DNA of 63,219 bases, the filler included, from Octopus bimaculoides (Eukaryota), in NCBI RefSeq assembly GCF_001194135.2. It is 6 parts of 5 records of this genome, joined end to end, with 100 filler letters (N's around TTAATTAATTAA, not from the genome) between each part and the next. Parts side by side here need not be neighbours in the genome. Positions count along the whole stretch, not along the records: positions 1 to 12,262 come from NC_068983.1; positions 12,363 to 27,721 come from NC_068981.1; 4 more parts are not named here. One strand, given 5' to 3'. Both the position numbers and the translations under genes were made by a program. Shown here piece by piece: positions 1 to 13,164 of this stretch (position 1 is its first letter; each line of letters opens with the position of its first letter). The notes beneath the pieces were generated by a model. That model was not told the origin of the DNA. It worked only from the letters and a program-made list of their open reading frames with translations, and ran no database searches.

Positions 1-282
1 AGCAATGCCATCGCGCTTCAGGACCAGTTACTGCAACAGCTTGGGATTCAGGGGCCCACAGCTTTTTAATATTCTCCCAAAGAGCCTGAGGAATCTACAC
101 AAAGTAGATGTAGGAGTTTTTAAATCAAAGCTGGACCTCTTCCTATCGAGAGGAGGTGCAAATGAGGGTTGCTAAATCAAACTCCATTCTTCACCAAGTA
201 CCACATATTGTAAGAGGCTCCCTGTAATATCAGTGTAGCAACACGGTGGTGCATCAGCATGGCCGCAGCTCTAAGCTGAAAC

Positions 283-283
<1 letters not shown>
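1..283 (+). mobile_element. 3' end of a non-LTR retrotransposon (L2/CR1-group LINE): ORF2 C-terminus plus 3' UTR
   Basis: Frame 2 reads AMPSRFRTSYCNSLGFRGPQLFNILPKSLRNLHKVDVGVFKSKLDLFLSR, the typical '(S)F..RGP.LFN.LP..+R....FK..LD.FL' ORF2 tail. The UTR ends in a stem-loop and A/TA tail. Confidence 0.75.
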
Positions 284-316
<33 letters not shown>

Positions 317-444
317 TCTGTTTATGTTTTTACCTGTATGGATATATGATGCCTATGTATTTTTGATACTATATGTGGATCTAGCATTTGAAGTTAGTTA
401 TATTTAACTGTTTTGCCTTATCCACTTCTTTTCCTTCCTTTTTT

Positions 445-467
445 CCTTTCTTCTTCTTCTTCTTCTT

Positions 468-539
<72 letters not shown>

Positions 540-613
540 TTCTTCTTCCTTCTCTTCTTTCTCCTTTACTTTTTCTTCTTTTTCTACTCCTCCTCCTCCT
601 CCTCCTCCTCCTC

Positions 614-658
<45 letters not shown>
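445..658. repeat. Compound trinucleotide microsatellite (TTC)n(TTA)n...(CCT)n(ACT)n
   Basis: Directly visible; source of the poly-F/S/Y/T ORFs. Confidence 0.95.
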
Positions 659-1700
659 TGTCTTTCCCTCTTTTTAGTCTTCATGCCTCTTATCTTCCTT
701 CTTCTTTCCCCTCTCTACCCTCTCTAACATCATCATGAACATCATCATCCGCAGTAGCTGAAAGAGCCGTAGTAGTCGTGGAAATTGCAATGGCAGCATG
801 GACAGCAATACAATCATCTTCATCTTTTCCAAATCCATTTTCTTTTAACTCTTTCCACTATTTTTCTTTTCTTACTCTTCCCACAACTGTTTTCCCCTTC
901 GTCGTCTATATATCTTTTTTCCACTATACCTACCACCTTTTTTTCTAATAACCTTTTCCCTCGGCTTAAATTTATCAACTGCATATCTCAACCTTTATAT
1001 AAGACATACATCAGATCAAGGAAGACCTTTCTTTTGTTTGCGTGTTATTCTTCTGATGTTGTCTATTCTGTATATATTTTTAAAAAGAAGATATCAGAAA
1101 TACAGCCAAGCACAGTTTTCTGGTGTTGTTCATGAAATTAAATGAAAGTAGGAGCTGAAGTACGTTTTAGAGCAATATTTATAAATACATCTACGAATAC
1201 ATATAGTTGGGAATTCAATGAAAAATTTACATGAATCTCTTTTCAATTAAGTCCGCAACTGTGTTGGATATGATACCCCTTGACTTTCTGAATATGTTTT
1301 CTTTGGAAAGATATGAAGAACATTTAGAAACTGTTTGCATTCATTTTCCTCGTATTTAAATCTATCTTAACCTGTTTGGTTTAAATCTCCAAAATCAGAA
1401 GGACATTTGCATAAATGAACGAAACGATAACAAAAACGCTTAACGAAACTTCGTCCGGCTGTTTATATTCTGAGCTGAAAGATGCAGAGTCGAGTTTACT
1501 TTTCATTCTTTTGGAGTCAATAAACAAGTACTAGTTGAACACTAAGTTCGATGTATTCGATTTTATATTTCCTTCGAAAAACTGCTGGTATTCTGCCAAA
1601 AGTAGAAAGAACGTTAACATTTTATAGGTAAATTTTGACGTAAACTATATTTTTAAACAGTAACAGACCAGCTGACAAAATTCGAAATTAATATTTATTA

Positions 1701-2316
1701 AAGTAGTTGTATGCTGTCAACTTAATGTGACAGTCCCCTGAAGGGAATAATACCGCTGTTGGTTAGACCTAGGAAGCTGCACCGCTTCCTGTCGGCCTTG
1801 ACACTTTTTCTGTGTCCTTAGGCGGTGCAGCTTCCTAGGTCTAACCAACAGTAGTACTATTCCCTCCTTCAGGGGACTGTCACATTAAGTTGAGAACATA
1901 CAACTACTTCATCGTATCACTACTGCATAAATCTCTCTGAGAGATTTAGAAATGTATTATTTCTAAATTTGAAATCAGTGAATGTATTTCTCTAGAATTA
2001 TTATATGTTCACAAGAGCTTGACAGGCATCTTCGACTTGCAGGTATGCTACTCCAGACTGATGACGAGAAAAGACCCAGAAACATGTCTCTGGATGCAGG
2101 TTTAGCTGGGTGGAGGTGCTTGTCTCTCCCTTGTAAACATAAAGACACAGAAAATATGTCAAGGCCGACAGGAAGCGGTGCAGCTTCCTAGATCTAACCA
2201 ACAGTAGTATTATTCCCTTCAGGGGACTGTCACATTAAGTTGACAGCCTACAAGTACTTCATCGTATCACTACTGCATAAATCTCTTTGAGAGGTTTAGA
2301 AATGTATTATTTCTAA
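1701..2316 (+). mobile_element. Non-autonomous PLE-pLTR-like or retrozyme-like element with direct plus inverted terminal repeat
   Basis: Direct repeat 1822-1966 / 2175-2316 (period ~350). 1701-1815 is the reverse complement of 2145-2259. An HHR lies between the direct repeats. Confidence 0.7.
2052..2094 (+). ncRNA. Minimal type I hammerhead ribozyme
   Basis: TCCAGA-CTGATGA-cgagaaaagaccca-GAAA-CATGTC-TCTGGA: perfect 6-bp helix I, intact core, palindromic ACAUGU helix III, GUC cleavage triplet (C at 2088). Confidence 0.75.
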
Positions 2317-5300
2317 TATTTATTACTTACTGAGTGAGAGCCATACTACAGAGCTTGTATCATCTTATTTCACTCAAACTACCGACTTTAATTCATTTTC
2401 TTAAAACTATACTTCTTTTAATCTCCACGTGTTAAAATTATATCGACATAGCATAGACGTAACTGCATATTTTGTCGTTTGACCTGGAATTTTTACCAAA
2501 ACTTAGTAAGAATCCGTAGTGTTTTTTTGTTGTACTGGGCTTTCTTCAAAGCGATGCGCATAACGTCTTAGATCATAAGAAGTTAATACTTCCATATTTT
2601 TTTTTACTGAATCTCCATATCTTGCTGCCATTTATTCTCTATTCAAGCAACATAGAACACCACGAACGCGGACCACTAAGAAAGAAGCCACGGCTACTTC
2701 ATCCGAGGATTATTTCATTTACTCATAAGTAAAATTATATGTTTCTCGTACAGGGCATTATTAATTTCTTCAATATGTCAGTTAGTATGGGGTTAGGCTT
2801 GATGTCGGGTGTTTATATACGTTATTTATGATGAAATAATCAATGACGTCATGTCTAGAATTAAGCAGTCAGATAAGCGAATGAAAAAAATGAAAAAAAA
2901 AAAAAAAAAAAAAAAAAAAAGAAAGAAAACCACGTCCGTTTATACTATAGACAGCAACGAATGCTAATTACTTAGTGTAAGATTTTTGTGATAAATGCGA
3001 AAAATATTATTTTTTATTAATGCTAGACTGCAAAACTCTTAGGAATAATATACCAGCTCTTCATAGTGGTAAACTTTAACTCCTGACATTTTGCCATTTA
3101 CCTGAAGGTGTGGCTGAAAAGTCTATGTGTGTGTGTGTGTGAGTGAATGATTGAGTGAGTGTGTGTGTGAGTGTGTGCGCCTGTATGTGAGAAGTAGTAG
3201 TAAGAAATACTGGCATTATTGTGAGTCACTGACACTTCGGCCCGAAGTCAAATGTGTTATTTACTTGACTAGGATTCTCTAATGAAATTCGAACTATCAG
3301 CTCACAGGTTTTAGACGCTCCCTATTTACAGCCCATGAAGATTTGGTATTTATTTAAGTATCACATTCAACACCAAACACCACTTCAAAATATTTAGTTA
3401 TCTTAGCTGATACACAATAAACCAGTTATGCAACAGCCTTTAGATAAATCTCTTGTGTTTTATGACAAATCTACATAATACATTATTTTGTAAATTTTTA
3501 TTAGTAAAGAACAGCAAAAATAAGACTACAAATAAGCTAGTCATTCCATATATCGCCAGGGAATTGTATCGTATTTCAAATCACCTTTGATATTGCTCGG
3601 TAACTATGGAAACCGACAATTTCTCTTTTAGTTTCCTTCAATTACATATTTCAGACTCTATTCGCAACAATGATCTTCATTTGCTTCCTCCAAAACGTTG
3701 AACACCAGTTTTCAATTATTCACTTGTAAAACTTTAGCTCCAGACCTGCCATAAACAAGAAGACCTATGATCAAACGTTCCACTGATGACCATCAACTCA
3801 TTTGCTTAGACATAGAGCAAACAGCTTCATTATTCAGTCATTATTTTCTGCTGTTGTTTCGCCCTACATCACCTTTAGTACTACAGTATTGTAATCAAAG
3901 GTGGTCATTCAATATTCGTTAAGATTTTCATATATTTGAAAATGGATTGTAGAGCACTCAGATGTATGTGATTAAAAGGTTTGATTTGAAAGAAAGTGGT
4001 TTTGAGTTCCGTCTCAGAGCACGTCATTTATACTCAAGTTAACTATTGTTACCACGAAGCCATGGAAGTGAAAATGGTGGATGGAAATTGAAAACTATGC
4101 AAAGGCTTGTCGAGTGTGCACCGTCGCTAAGTTGACAGTATTTGAAAAACGATGCTCACTGTTTATTTATCACAGTCTGTCGAACATAGAAGTTCGAGAA
4201 ATTGTGATGAGTGAGACAAGTACCGTATCGAAAATAGGTGCTGGAATCATTATTAAAGACTAAAACTTTTCAAGGTGATGGCCCACCTGATCTATGATCG
4301 AAACAAAAAAAAAAAATATTCATCGTAAATTTCTATCAATCATTTTCCTTCATTCAGTTTAGTGTTACTAAATTGCTTTTGCAAAATTCTTCATTACTTA
4401 CTTCTCCACAATTTACCAATTTATTCACCACATATTTTTCATTGAACTAGTAGATCTAGCCAGTCTTTCATATAATCTTTAATTAATTATCTAGCTTAAA
4501 CTGCTCTACGAAACCTTTCGTAATTCAACTTCTGTTCCTTCATTTTCTATCACCAATCAATATATGATGCACTCTTTCTCATGATTTAAATTTTATACTC
4601 CGGAACAAGATCACCATATACTAGTTAATTTCCTTATACGCGACTTAATTTTATATCGACTTTGATCATGCAAAATTTATAGTTTTCACTCCAATTATCA
4701 CATACGTGGGGATAAAATATTAATTTGTATTTTCCAAATAATTCCAGGCACAAGGCACATGCACTCTTTTTATTTCGAATCCACTTTGATCACTCAAAAA
4801 GCAAGATATTTACACCAATTATTGCTCACATATAGATGAAATCAAATATTAGTTTGAATTTTCTAGGCAAAACTTGCTAGTGCCTTCCGCAAGAAAATTA
4901 ATGGCGTGTACGAGCCGAAACATGTTTTATGAGAAATCGATGTGGCATCGCTGACACTGCTCTTACTTCATTCTATAATTAATTGGCTCTGAAAAATAAA
5001 ATATTTCTTCCTTCTTAATGTAAAAAAGATGTAGCTTGCATTGGTAATTATAAGATTGTGCAATACATATGCATATATGAATTAGATGGTGGTGATGATA
5101 ATTTACTTGCAGATTTTCGAAGGAATTCCCAGGATCCATTAAAAGGTAACCTATTTTAGCTTCCCTGTGCGGAATATGCACAAAGAGGTGCAGAAGCCAC
5201 TATGATGTTCATAAATACCTTTATAATTGTATATCAGTGGATACATGTGAACACACACACACATACACACACAAACACACACACGTCTATCAATCTTTAT

Positions 5301-5328
5301 CTCTCTCTCACTCTCTCTCTCTCTCACA

Positions 5329-5410
<82 letters not shown>

Positions 5411-5574
5411 GCACACATGTACGCACACACATACACATGTACGCACACACATACGCGCGCGCGCATAGAGGTATAGATATATGTATAACAAAAATACGGA
5501 CAGAATAAATCACATCTTTAATTGTAGAATTCATCGTACAAAGCCGACAATAGTTTCTGTTGTGTCAATATATA

Positions 5575-6110
5575 TTGGGTCATCCCATAAATAATGCGGT
5601 TATTTCAATTACCTGAACTAAAAGTCGGAGAGGGACGGGACAAACTCCCTGAATCAACTTGCTATAAAACCAGGTAGTAATTTTACCTTGTTTTTGTACT
5701 AATTCTTAGTGCATATTTTCAGGAGTGCAGTTCTATTTTAACAGTTATTTTTGCAAATGGAAGTGACAAAGTAGAATATTCAGAATATTTTGCTTTATGA
5801 GTTGAATAAAGGCTACAACGCAATGGAAAGTGTGAAGAATATTCATACTGAATATGAGGTTCGGACAATAAGCGTAAGCCAGTGTCAACGGTGGTTCCAG
5901 AAATTCTGATCTAGAAACTTCAATCTAGAAGACGAGCCTCGTACCGGAAGATCTGCAGGGCTCGACGAGGACGTCCTGCAAAGACTGGCCTAGCAAAAAT
6001 CCATCGTAACTGTTGAGGAACTAGCAGAGAACCATTCATTGACACCTGCCTGCCGTCGGAAAAGTTAGAAAATTGGCTCAATGTGTTCCTCTCAAACATT
6101 CCGAGTCTAA
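5575..6110 (+). mobile_element. Degenerate mariner, 5' part
   Basis: TA followed by TIR-like TTGGGTCATCCCATAAATAATGCGG. From 5757 it reads MEVTK*NIQNILLYELNKG...CQRWFQKF*SRNFNLEDEPRTGR (mariner HTH region) with stops. Confidence 0.8.
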
Positions 6111-6192
6111 TCTAATCTAAAAAGAAAGTGAAGAAGAAACATAATCAAAGAAAAGCAGTTTTGTATATAACTCTTGTTGATGTCAGTGGATA

Positions 6193-6292
6193 TGTTGTTA
6201 GCACTCCGTCGCTTACGACGACGAGGGTTCCAGTTGATCCGATCAACGGAACAGCCTGCTCGTGAAATTAACGTGCAAGTGGCTGAGCTCTC
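6193..6292 (-). mobile_element. 5'-truncated retroposon 3' tail (RTE-type LINE or SINE) with 13-bp TSD
   Basis: ATGTCAGTGGATA duplicated at 6180-6192 and 6293-6305; the minus strand ends in an (AAC)-type tail. Confidence 0.7.
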
Positions 6293-6939
6293 ATGTCAGT
6301 GGATAACGAAATAATTAAAAGTAAGCATAAGAATTCTACGTTATTACAATTAGAAAGTAAGATTTTACGTCACGACAATTAGTTATCCATTTATTAAAGA
6401 AATTACCTTTTTTGAAATTTTACGCTTATTATATAATATATGAAATACAATTATAATTAAGACTATATTTTCACTTAAACACTGATATTTTAAAGGATAA
6501 TTTTATTTTTACAATTTCACAGGAATTTATTCACTTGAATTTGGTTCTCATATTTAAAAGAATTTTTATTAGTCCTCCCAATACTATGTTTTACGGTTGG
6601 ATTATTATTATCATAATTAATATTAAACCTAGGTTTTAACTTGACTTTATTATCAGAGTCGAAATTACTTTTGCTTAAAGAAAAAAAATCTAGTCCCGGA
6701 AAAATATCATTAGAATTAATTTCACAATACACATTATCGATTCTACTCTTATGTACACATTCTGAGATGAAACATTCCCTAATTCCTTGTTTATTAATTG
6801 CTTTTTTCTTCTAAGATATATATTAGGTATATATTAGATATATATATTAGAAACTCCCAGAGAACATCTAATAAATTGTTTTTAATTGCTGAACACGAAG
6901 TAGATATGAATAATACCGTAGAAATAAAGGGCTTGTGCC

Positions 6940-7023
<84 letters not shown>

Positions 7024-7489
7024 CGTGTGTGTGTGTGCTTGCGCACGCTACAATAAAGACAGTCCTTCCTTAATTCGTTTTTTAACCCTATGGTCAGTGT
7101 GAAGCAACATGGGAATCCACCTCTCTGCTAGAAATAGAAGCCAAGCAATCGATAAATATACTTACTGACTGTAAAAACAAGTTGGGTTGAATGATATTGT
7201 CTTCGCCATACATATGGAAAAGACAATATGGTCAAGACTGAAACAAATTGAATAAAAGTTTGTCTGATCATGGCTGATCTGGGATCTAAAAACCATTATG
7301 AGAACCATCATTATCCCAACTAAAATAAAATCTGTTATAATCAATCAACCTAAATTAGTATTGCATTACGCTTTACAATGCTCTGTAGTAAAAAAATATC
7401 TATATATAGCCCAGGAAAATAGTCAAGAGGATGATGATATAGATAACTAATATTCTTTCTACCCCTACTAGACTCAGCAAAACATCCAG

Positions 7490-7650
7490 GATTTAAAAGT
7501 TAGAGAGTTGAGATGGTTGCAACAGCACTAGGCTAGAGCAAATTGAGAAGAAATGCTTTGCTGAAGCTCACGACGCACTGTGAGGTCAAGGAACTGAACT
7601 GGCGAATTTAAGATCATAAGCTGATTACCTTACCTGCTGAGGCTACAAGC
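7490..7650 (-). mobile_element. Degenerate tRNA-derived SINE fragment (family C-like)
   Basis: Weak similarity to 56670-57033 (aaatgctttgctgaagctcacgacgca vs aagtgtcttgttcaagaacacaacacgca). Confidence 0.35.
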
Positions 7651-8343
7651 CTTCAAAGACAAAAATATTCTCTGGTAATTAAAGTGAAACAGACACTACG
7701 CAATTATTCGGAGGCAATTAAATTTTCCATCAACTGCTTACACATAATTAATACAATTCTTCTTTATTAGTATTAGGTTCTTGAGCATCTGGTCGTATCA
7801 TATTTGCCTTAAGCTGAAACCTCCACCAAACATCTGTTACAACAATTCCATTATTGTTCCTCAATTTCCGATAACCTATCTACACAATATACTACCAGGC
7901 TATACTCGTTTGCTAGTGATGGTTATGGCTGCTGTTATTTTTCGTCATTTTCAACCTCTAGAATATCAATTTCTGAAATATCTGACATATGTGCTCTACT
8001 GATAAATATTTCCGCTACACTAACTGGTTTACAATATCTCTCTAGAGATGTTTCTGAAACACAAAATAGCTATGTATATATATATATATATNNNNNNNNN
8101 NNNNNNNNNNNNNNNNNNNNNNNNNNNNNNNNNNNNNNNNNNNNNNNNNNNNNNNNNNNNNNNNNNNNNNNNNNNNNNNNNNNNNNNNNNNNNNNNNNNN
8201 NNNNNNNNNNNNNNNNNNNNNNNNNNNNNNNNNNNNNNNNNNNNNNNATATATATATATATACACGAAAGGGTAGATTATTTTCAATAAAAATTTGTAGC
8301 TATTCGCTAGTAAAACGCAATGATGATGATGATGATGAGAGTC

Positions 8344-8388
<45 letters not shown>

Positions 8389-8454
8389 GTAATAATAATA
8401 ATAGCAACAACAATAACAGTAACAATAATAATAACAATGAATGCGTTAATGCAG

Positions 8455-8910
8455 TATAAGACAGTGGCTCTCATTGCTTCTGATCTTCACTGATTGGAAG
8501 TGTTATCATGTACAGGGTTTTTTTTTTTTGTAGTAAAAGATAGGTTACAATAAATATTCTGAACAATACCACAAACTTGCTTCTCAGTTGCTTGACGTTA
8601 ACCAGCTGAGCATGTCCCTTAGTAGTTGACGATATGTGAATCTCTGATCACAAGCAGTGGTGGGAGACTATAATAGCCATGTGTTCAGAGGAATTCATTG
8701 GGGATTCCTCTGAAAACCTAACACAAACCTTATTCCTCTAAAATAAATGTTATTCAGGGTCCTTCTGAGTGGGATAGGTTACTCGACCTGAATCTAACCG
8801 GGTCCCGCTATGTTGCGCACATATATGGTTGTATTGCATGTGCCTGGTGTACTCTTATCAGACGGGTAGTCATGATAGGTATATTGGGCTTCGTATATTT
8901 GTAAACCAGT
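8455..8910. mobile_element. Interspersed repeat, probably a LINE 3' UTR-derived family
   Basis: GC-richer non-coding block next to an (AAT)n run. Recognised from memory as an abundant octopus repeat; only one copy in this window. Confidence 0.3.
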
Positions 8911-9057
8911 ATCCAGGGCCTTTGCATTGAGAAATGCAAAAGGCATGTCTACTAAATATTAAATATTCGAATTATAATAATTAATAAAGAATTTGAGTGT
9001 ATAATTTCAGATTTAAATAAACTTTACGATTATATGTGTGTGTATTTACTTGTATCA

Positions 9058-9108
<51 letters not shown>

Positions 9109-9536
9109 ACACAAACACACACACACACACACACACAAATATGTATGTGTAACGTGTTAGGTGTTGTGTACAGAAATTGACTATTGAGAAAAAAGTCGTC
9201 AGAATTTGGAAAAAAAAATCTTTTTATTTCTTCATTATCATTAGTGCTTTTGTTCCTTTCTAGAACTTGTCAAAAGAAATTTTGCGAATGTGTTCGACAT
9301 ACGAACGAAAGTGCTAATAAAAATGAAGGAATAAAAAGATTTTTTCCCTATAATTCTGATGACTTTCTCTCTCTCTCCCTCTCTCTCTCTCTCTNNNNNN
9401 NNNNNNNNNNNNNNNNNNNNNNNNNNNNNNNNNNNNNNNNNNNNNNNNNNNNNNNNNNNNNNNNNNNNNNNNNNNNNNNNNNNNNNNNNNNNNNNNNNNN
9501 NNNNNNNNNNNNNNNNNNNNNNNNNNNNNNNNNNNN

Positions 9537-9568
<32 letters not shown>

Positions 9569-9979
9569 CGAGGGACTGGTGTTTTCACGCAGGAAAAATA
9601 TATAGGAAAATGTGCTGTTGAAAATGCACTTAATTTTCAAAGGCTCATAAATGTTTAAAATACATTTATTTACATATATACCAAACTAGTTTCAACAATA
9701 ATTACTGTTTATCAATGGTAAAAGTTTAACATTAGAAAACATCGTTAAAAATTTCCAATGTGGCCAAATCAAAATGTCTCAATGTTGATAAATTATTATG
9801 TTCAATACAGCAGGTGTAAGTTTGAAATTAAAATTGTGTATCAATTTGTTAGAATGTACAAGGTTCATTAATTTCAGTGATGGTCGACAAGTCATACTGG
9901 AAAAAAAAAAAAGAAACAAGTGTGAGAATTAAAATAGTAATAAAAGGGAATTTGGTTTAGATGTTTCTTATATTTTCTT

Positions 9980-10725
9980 TAAATATACGCTTTCGCTTGT
10001 AATGGTATGTTTAGGGATCAGTTGTATTTATAAATTTTTTTCTGCGTGGGGATCTGATTATTGATTCGTTGAAAAATTGATGGCGTTTTTCTTCCTTGGT
10101 CAAACTTGTCGTTCTGCTTGATTGGTTTCCTTGTGGATACGGTTATAGGTCGGTCCGTTGGTTGGTTCTCTTAAAGGATCATTTCATTGTATTCTCTGAA
10201 GGTCGGTTTTGATTGGTCAGGAATTAGGTGACGTCAGCAACTGGTGTTTGTGGAATTTCATTGGATTGGAGGTGGGTAATGTCAGCATCTTGTGTTTGTG
10301 TGGTGATTTAAAGTTGCGGTTTCGAAACCCGGGTGGAAGATTGTTACTAAAATTTTGTTGTTTTTTTTGTGTTGAAATTGAGTCTTTTTCTCTTTTTTAT
10401 ACTGCTTTTTCTTCTCTCTAATTGATATTAAGTCGTGGTTTATAGTTTTTAATCAGGATGTTTTCCTTTTTTAAACGGAATTGGGCTGATGTGTTTCCAG
10501 TGCATTGATAGAGAGAGAAGAATTGGTATTTAGGTTTTTTGTCTACGGAGCATTGGTTTAGGTGCTGGCTACCGGGAATTTTCCTAGTGGTGGGTTCCCG
10601 GATTTGTTGTCTGTGCAACGTAAGTCTATCCCTCAAAGTTAAGCTTGTTTGACCAATGTAGTCTCCACCACAACCTCCACATTTGAGAACATAGATTAAG
10701 TTCTTTGAAGCACAGGTGAAGTCAT
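9980..10725 (-). mobile_element. Penelope-like element 3' fragment (GIY-YIG endonuclease plus 3' UTR)
   Basis: Minus strand reads KYDFTCASKNLIYVLKCGGCGGDYIGQTSLTLRDRLTLHRQQIREP...LKKENILIKNYKPRLNIN* (10418-10725). The UTR has repeated CCAAT-like motifs. Confidence 0.85.
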
Positions 10726-10729
10726 ATTT

Positions 10730-12225
10730 TATGGTAAAAGTTCGGCCTGACTTAAATAGGGCTCAACATACAATTCTTCCTTGCTACTGCTTGTTTCTGT
10801 CTCTCTTGTTTACTCTTGTGGATTCGAAGTCGTTGTGAATTTTTCGTAGGGAAGAAGAAGAAGAAGAAGAAGAAGAAGAAGAAGAATGCTGTAGTGCCAT
10901 GATAGTAGTATGTTAAATGGTGAAATATACTGAATATTGGATGGTAGTAGTGATTAAATTCCTGGCACATGTCTTTTGAATGTTTTGTTTCTAAAATTTG
11001 CGTGTTATTCTAAACAGCAATAGTGGTAAAGTTAGGAAAGAGGTAGTTGAGAGTAGTAGTAAGGTGTTAAATGGTCTAGTAACCTAAAAGTGGCTCGTAA
11101 CGGATTATAGCAGTGACTGGGACTGTTTCTTAATGAATTCTTGGGAATCTCTTGAGTGTATCATGTTTGATATTTGCGTGTGTGTTTGTTTTATTCTAAG
11201 GCCGCGGTGGATTTGTCGTTTGTTGTAGACGCGTTCAAGAGGGATCTGTATTTTGTAATAAAGTGAGTCTCTTTACTAATTCATTGGCTACAGGTTGTAT
11301 CGTCCCTGAATTGGTTGAGGAGAAAAATTCTGAAGCGTGGATTTTTGTTATTGGCGCAAATGTCTGTGTTGGCTGAATGTTATTTTTCTGTTTTGGGTAA
11401 TTTTGATCTGGGATCTGTGCAGAGCCATCCTTTTACGTAAACTGTTTGTTGTATGGCCTATGTATTACTCTTGACATCCATAGCAGGTTAGTGCGTATAT
11501 CAGGTTCTCCGAAGCACATGTGAAGTTGCTTTTCACTGTGAATCGTTGTGCCTGTTTGAAGGAGAACTTTGATCCTTCAATTAAATTGACGCATATCCTA
11601 CAGTTGGGTCGTCCGCATTTTTTTTACCGACGGCTTCTATGTTGTTATTGAGGGTATTCGGGCTTGTGTTCGGAGACTTTTCATAGATTTGGGTTGTCTC
11701 TTGCTTTTTGTGATGGTGTGTGTTCGGAGGATTAAGTTCATTCTGTGGTCCTTTTTTAGCAGGGGAATGTGTTGTAGGATAGTGTCGAAGGCTTCATTGT
11801 TGAGAGGGTTGTGTGTGATGTATGGTAGGGCTTTTGGTTGTAAATCTTCTTTAATTTAGGATGTCTGAGTTCCTGGATGTTGAGTTGAGGGCACGTTGAT
11901 AGCATATGTCAATTAGTGAAGGTGGGTAGTTCCTGGTGATGAATGTATCTTGTAGTTCACGTTGTCGTGTGCCTCTGGAGTGGCATGGGTTAAACGGTAG
12001 ATATTGCTTGGAGTCCGTAGGCTTATAGTATATATCTGTTTCTACTATGTTGTTAGATTTCTTAACGATGATGTCGAGGAAGGGAAGTTGTTGCTGGGTA
12101 TAATCTCTCGTGAATTGAATGTTTATGTCGAGTCTATTTATAAGTGCTTGGAATTCATTTAGTTTCTCTATATTTTCATGCCAAAGAATGAAACAGTCTT
12201 CCAGGTATCTCTTCCAGTTGTTTTC

Positions 12226-12228
<3 letters not shown>
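10730..12228 (-). mobile_element. Penelope-like element (Neptune-type): RT C-terminal half, Cys linker, GIY-YIG
   Basis: NWKRYLEDCFILW...LPFLDIIV...ETDIYYKPTDSKQYLPF; CGRPNCRIC linker; FTCASENLIYALTCYGCQE*YIGHT. Contains stops; upstream sequence is a TA repeat and gap. Confidence 0.9.
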
Positions 12229-12262
<34 letters not shown>

Positions 12263-12777
12263 NNNNNNNNNNNNNNNNNNNNNNNNNNNNNNNNNNNNNN
12301 NNNNNNTTAATTAATTAANNNNNNNNNNNNNNNNNNNNNNNNNNNNNNNNNNNNNNNNNNNNATTATCTATTGAAATATCAAGGGATTTTGATCTGAGTT
12401 TCTATTTCTCATTTTCTTTATTCTTTGAGGGCAGAGAGATATCATGAGAAGAATTTCATCTCTTCAAGATTTCCTATCCCTCCCTTTCTCTCCTCTCTAT
12501 TTCTTTCTCACTCTGTCTATCTCTCTCTGTTATTTTTCATTTTATATTATTGTCTCCTCTCACTTTCTCTGACTCTTCCCCTTTCTGCCTCTCTGTATTT
12601 GCTTATTTTTTCTACATTTGCGATGTACTTTTTCTGAAGTTGTACCTCCACATATACGTGTGTGCGTGTTTTTGTATCTGTTTATCTATGTATCTCTATA
12701 ATAACGTACATGCTTACACACACGCACACACACACACATATATTTATACATATACATCTATGCATGCATACTACATG

Positions 12778-12843
<66 letters not shown>

Positions 12844-13128
12844 NNNNNNNNNNNNNNNNNNNNNNNNNNNNNNNNNNNNNNNNNNNNNNNNNNNNNNNNN
12901 NNNNNNNNNNNNNNNNNNNNNNNNNNNNNNNNNNNNNNNNNNNNNNNNNNNNNNNNNNNNNNNNNNNNNNNNNNNNNNNNNNNNNNNNNNNNNNNNNNNN
13001 NNNNNNNNNNNNNNNNNNNNNNNNNNNNNNNNNNNNNNNNNNNNNNNNNNNNNNNNNNNNNNNNNNNNNNNNNNNNNNNNNNNNNNNNNNNNNNNNNNNN
13101 NNNNNNNNNNNNNNNNNNNNNNNNNNNN

Positions 13129-13164
<36 letters not shown>

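Noticed and set aside
4895-4930. GGC-gtgtacga-GCC-GAAACATGTT, resembling an HHR 3' half
   Set aside because: No CTGANGA upstream (about 5 mismatches) and no helix I.
10730-10780. Minus-strand ATGTTGA-GCCCT...GGC-CGAAC in the PLE 3' UTR
   Set aside because: Both core halves are mutated and there is no cleavage triplet or helix I. Possibly a relic but unsupported.
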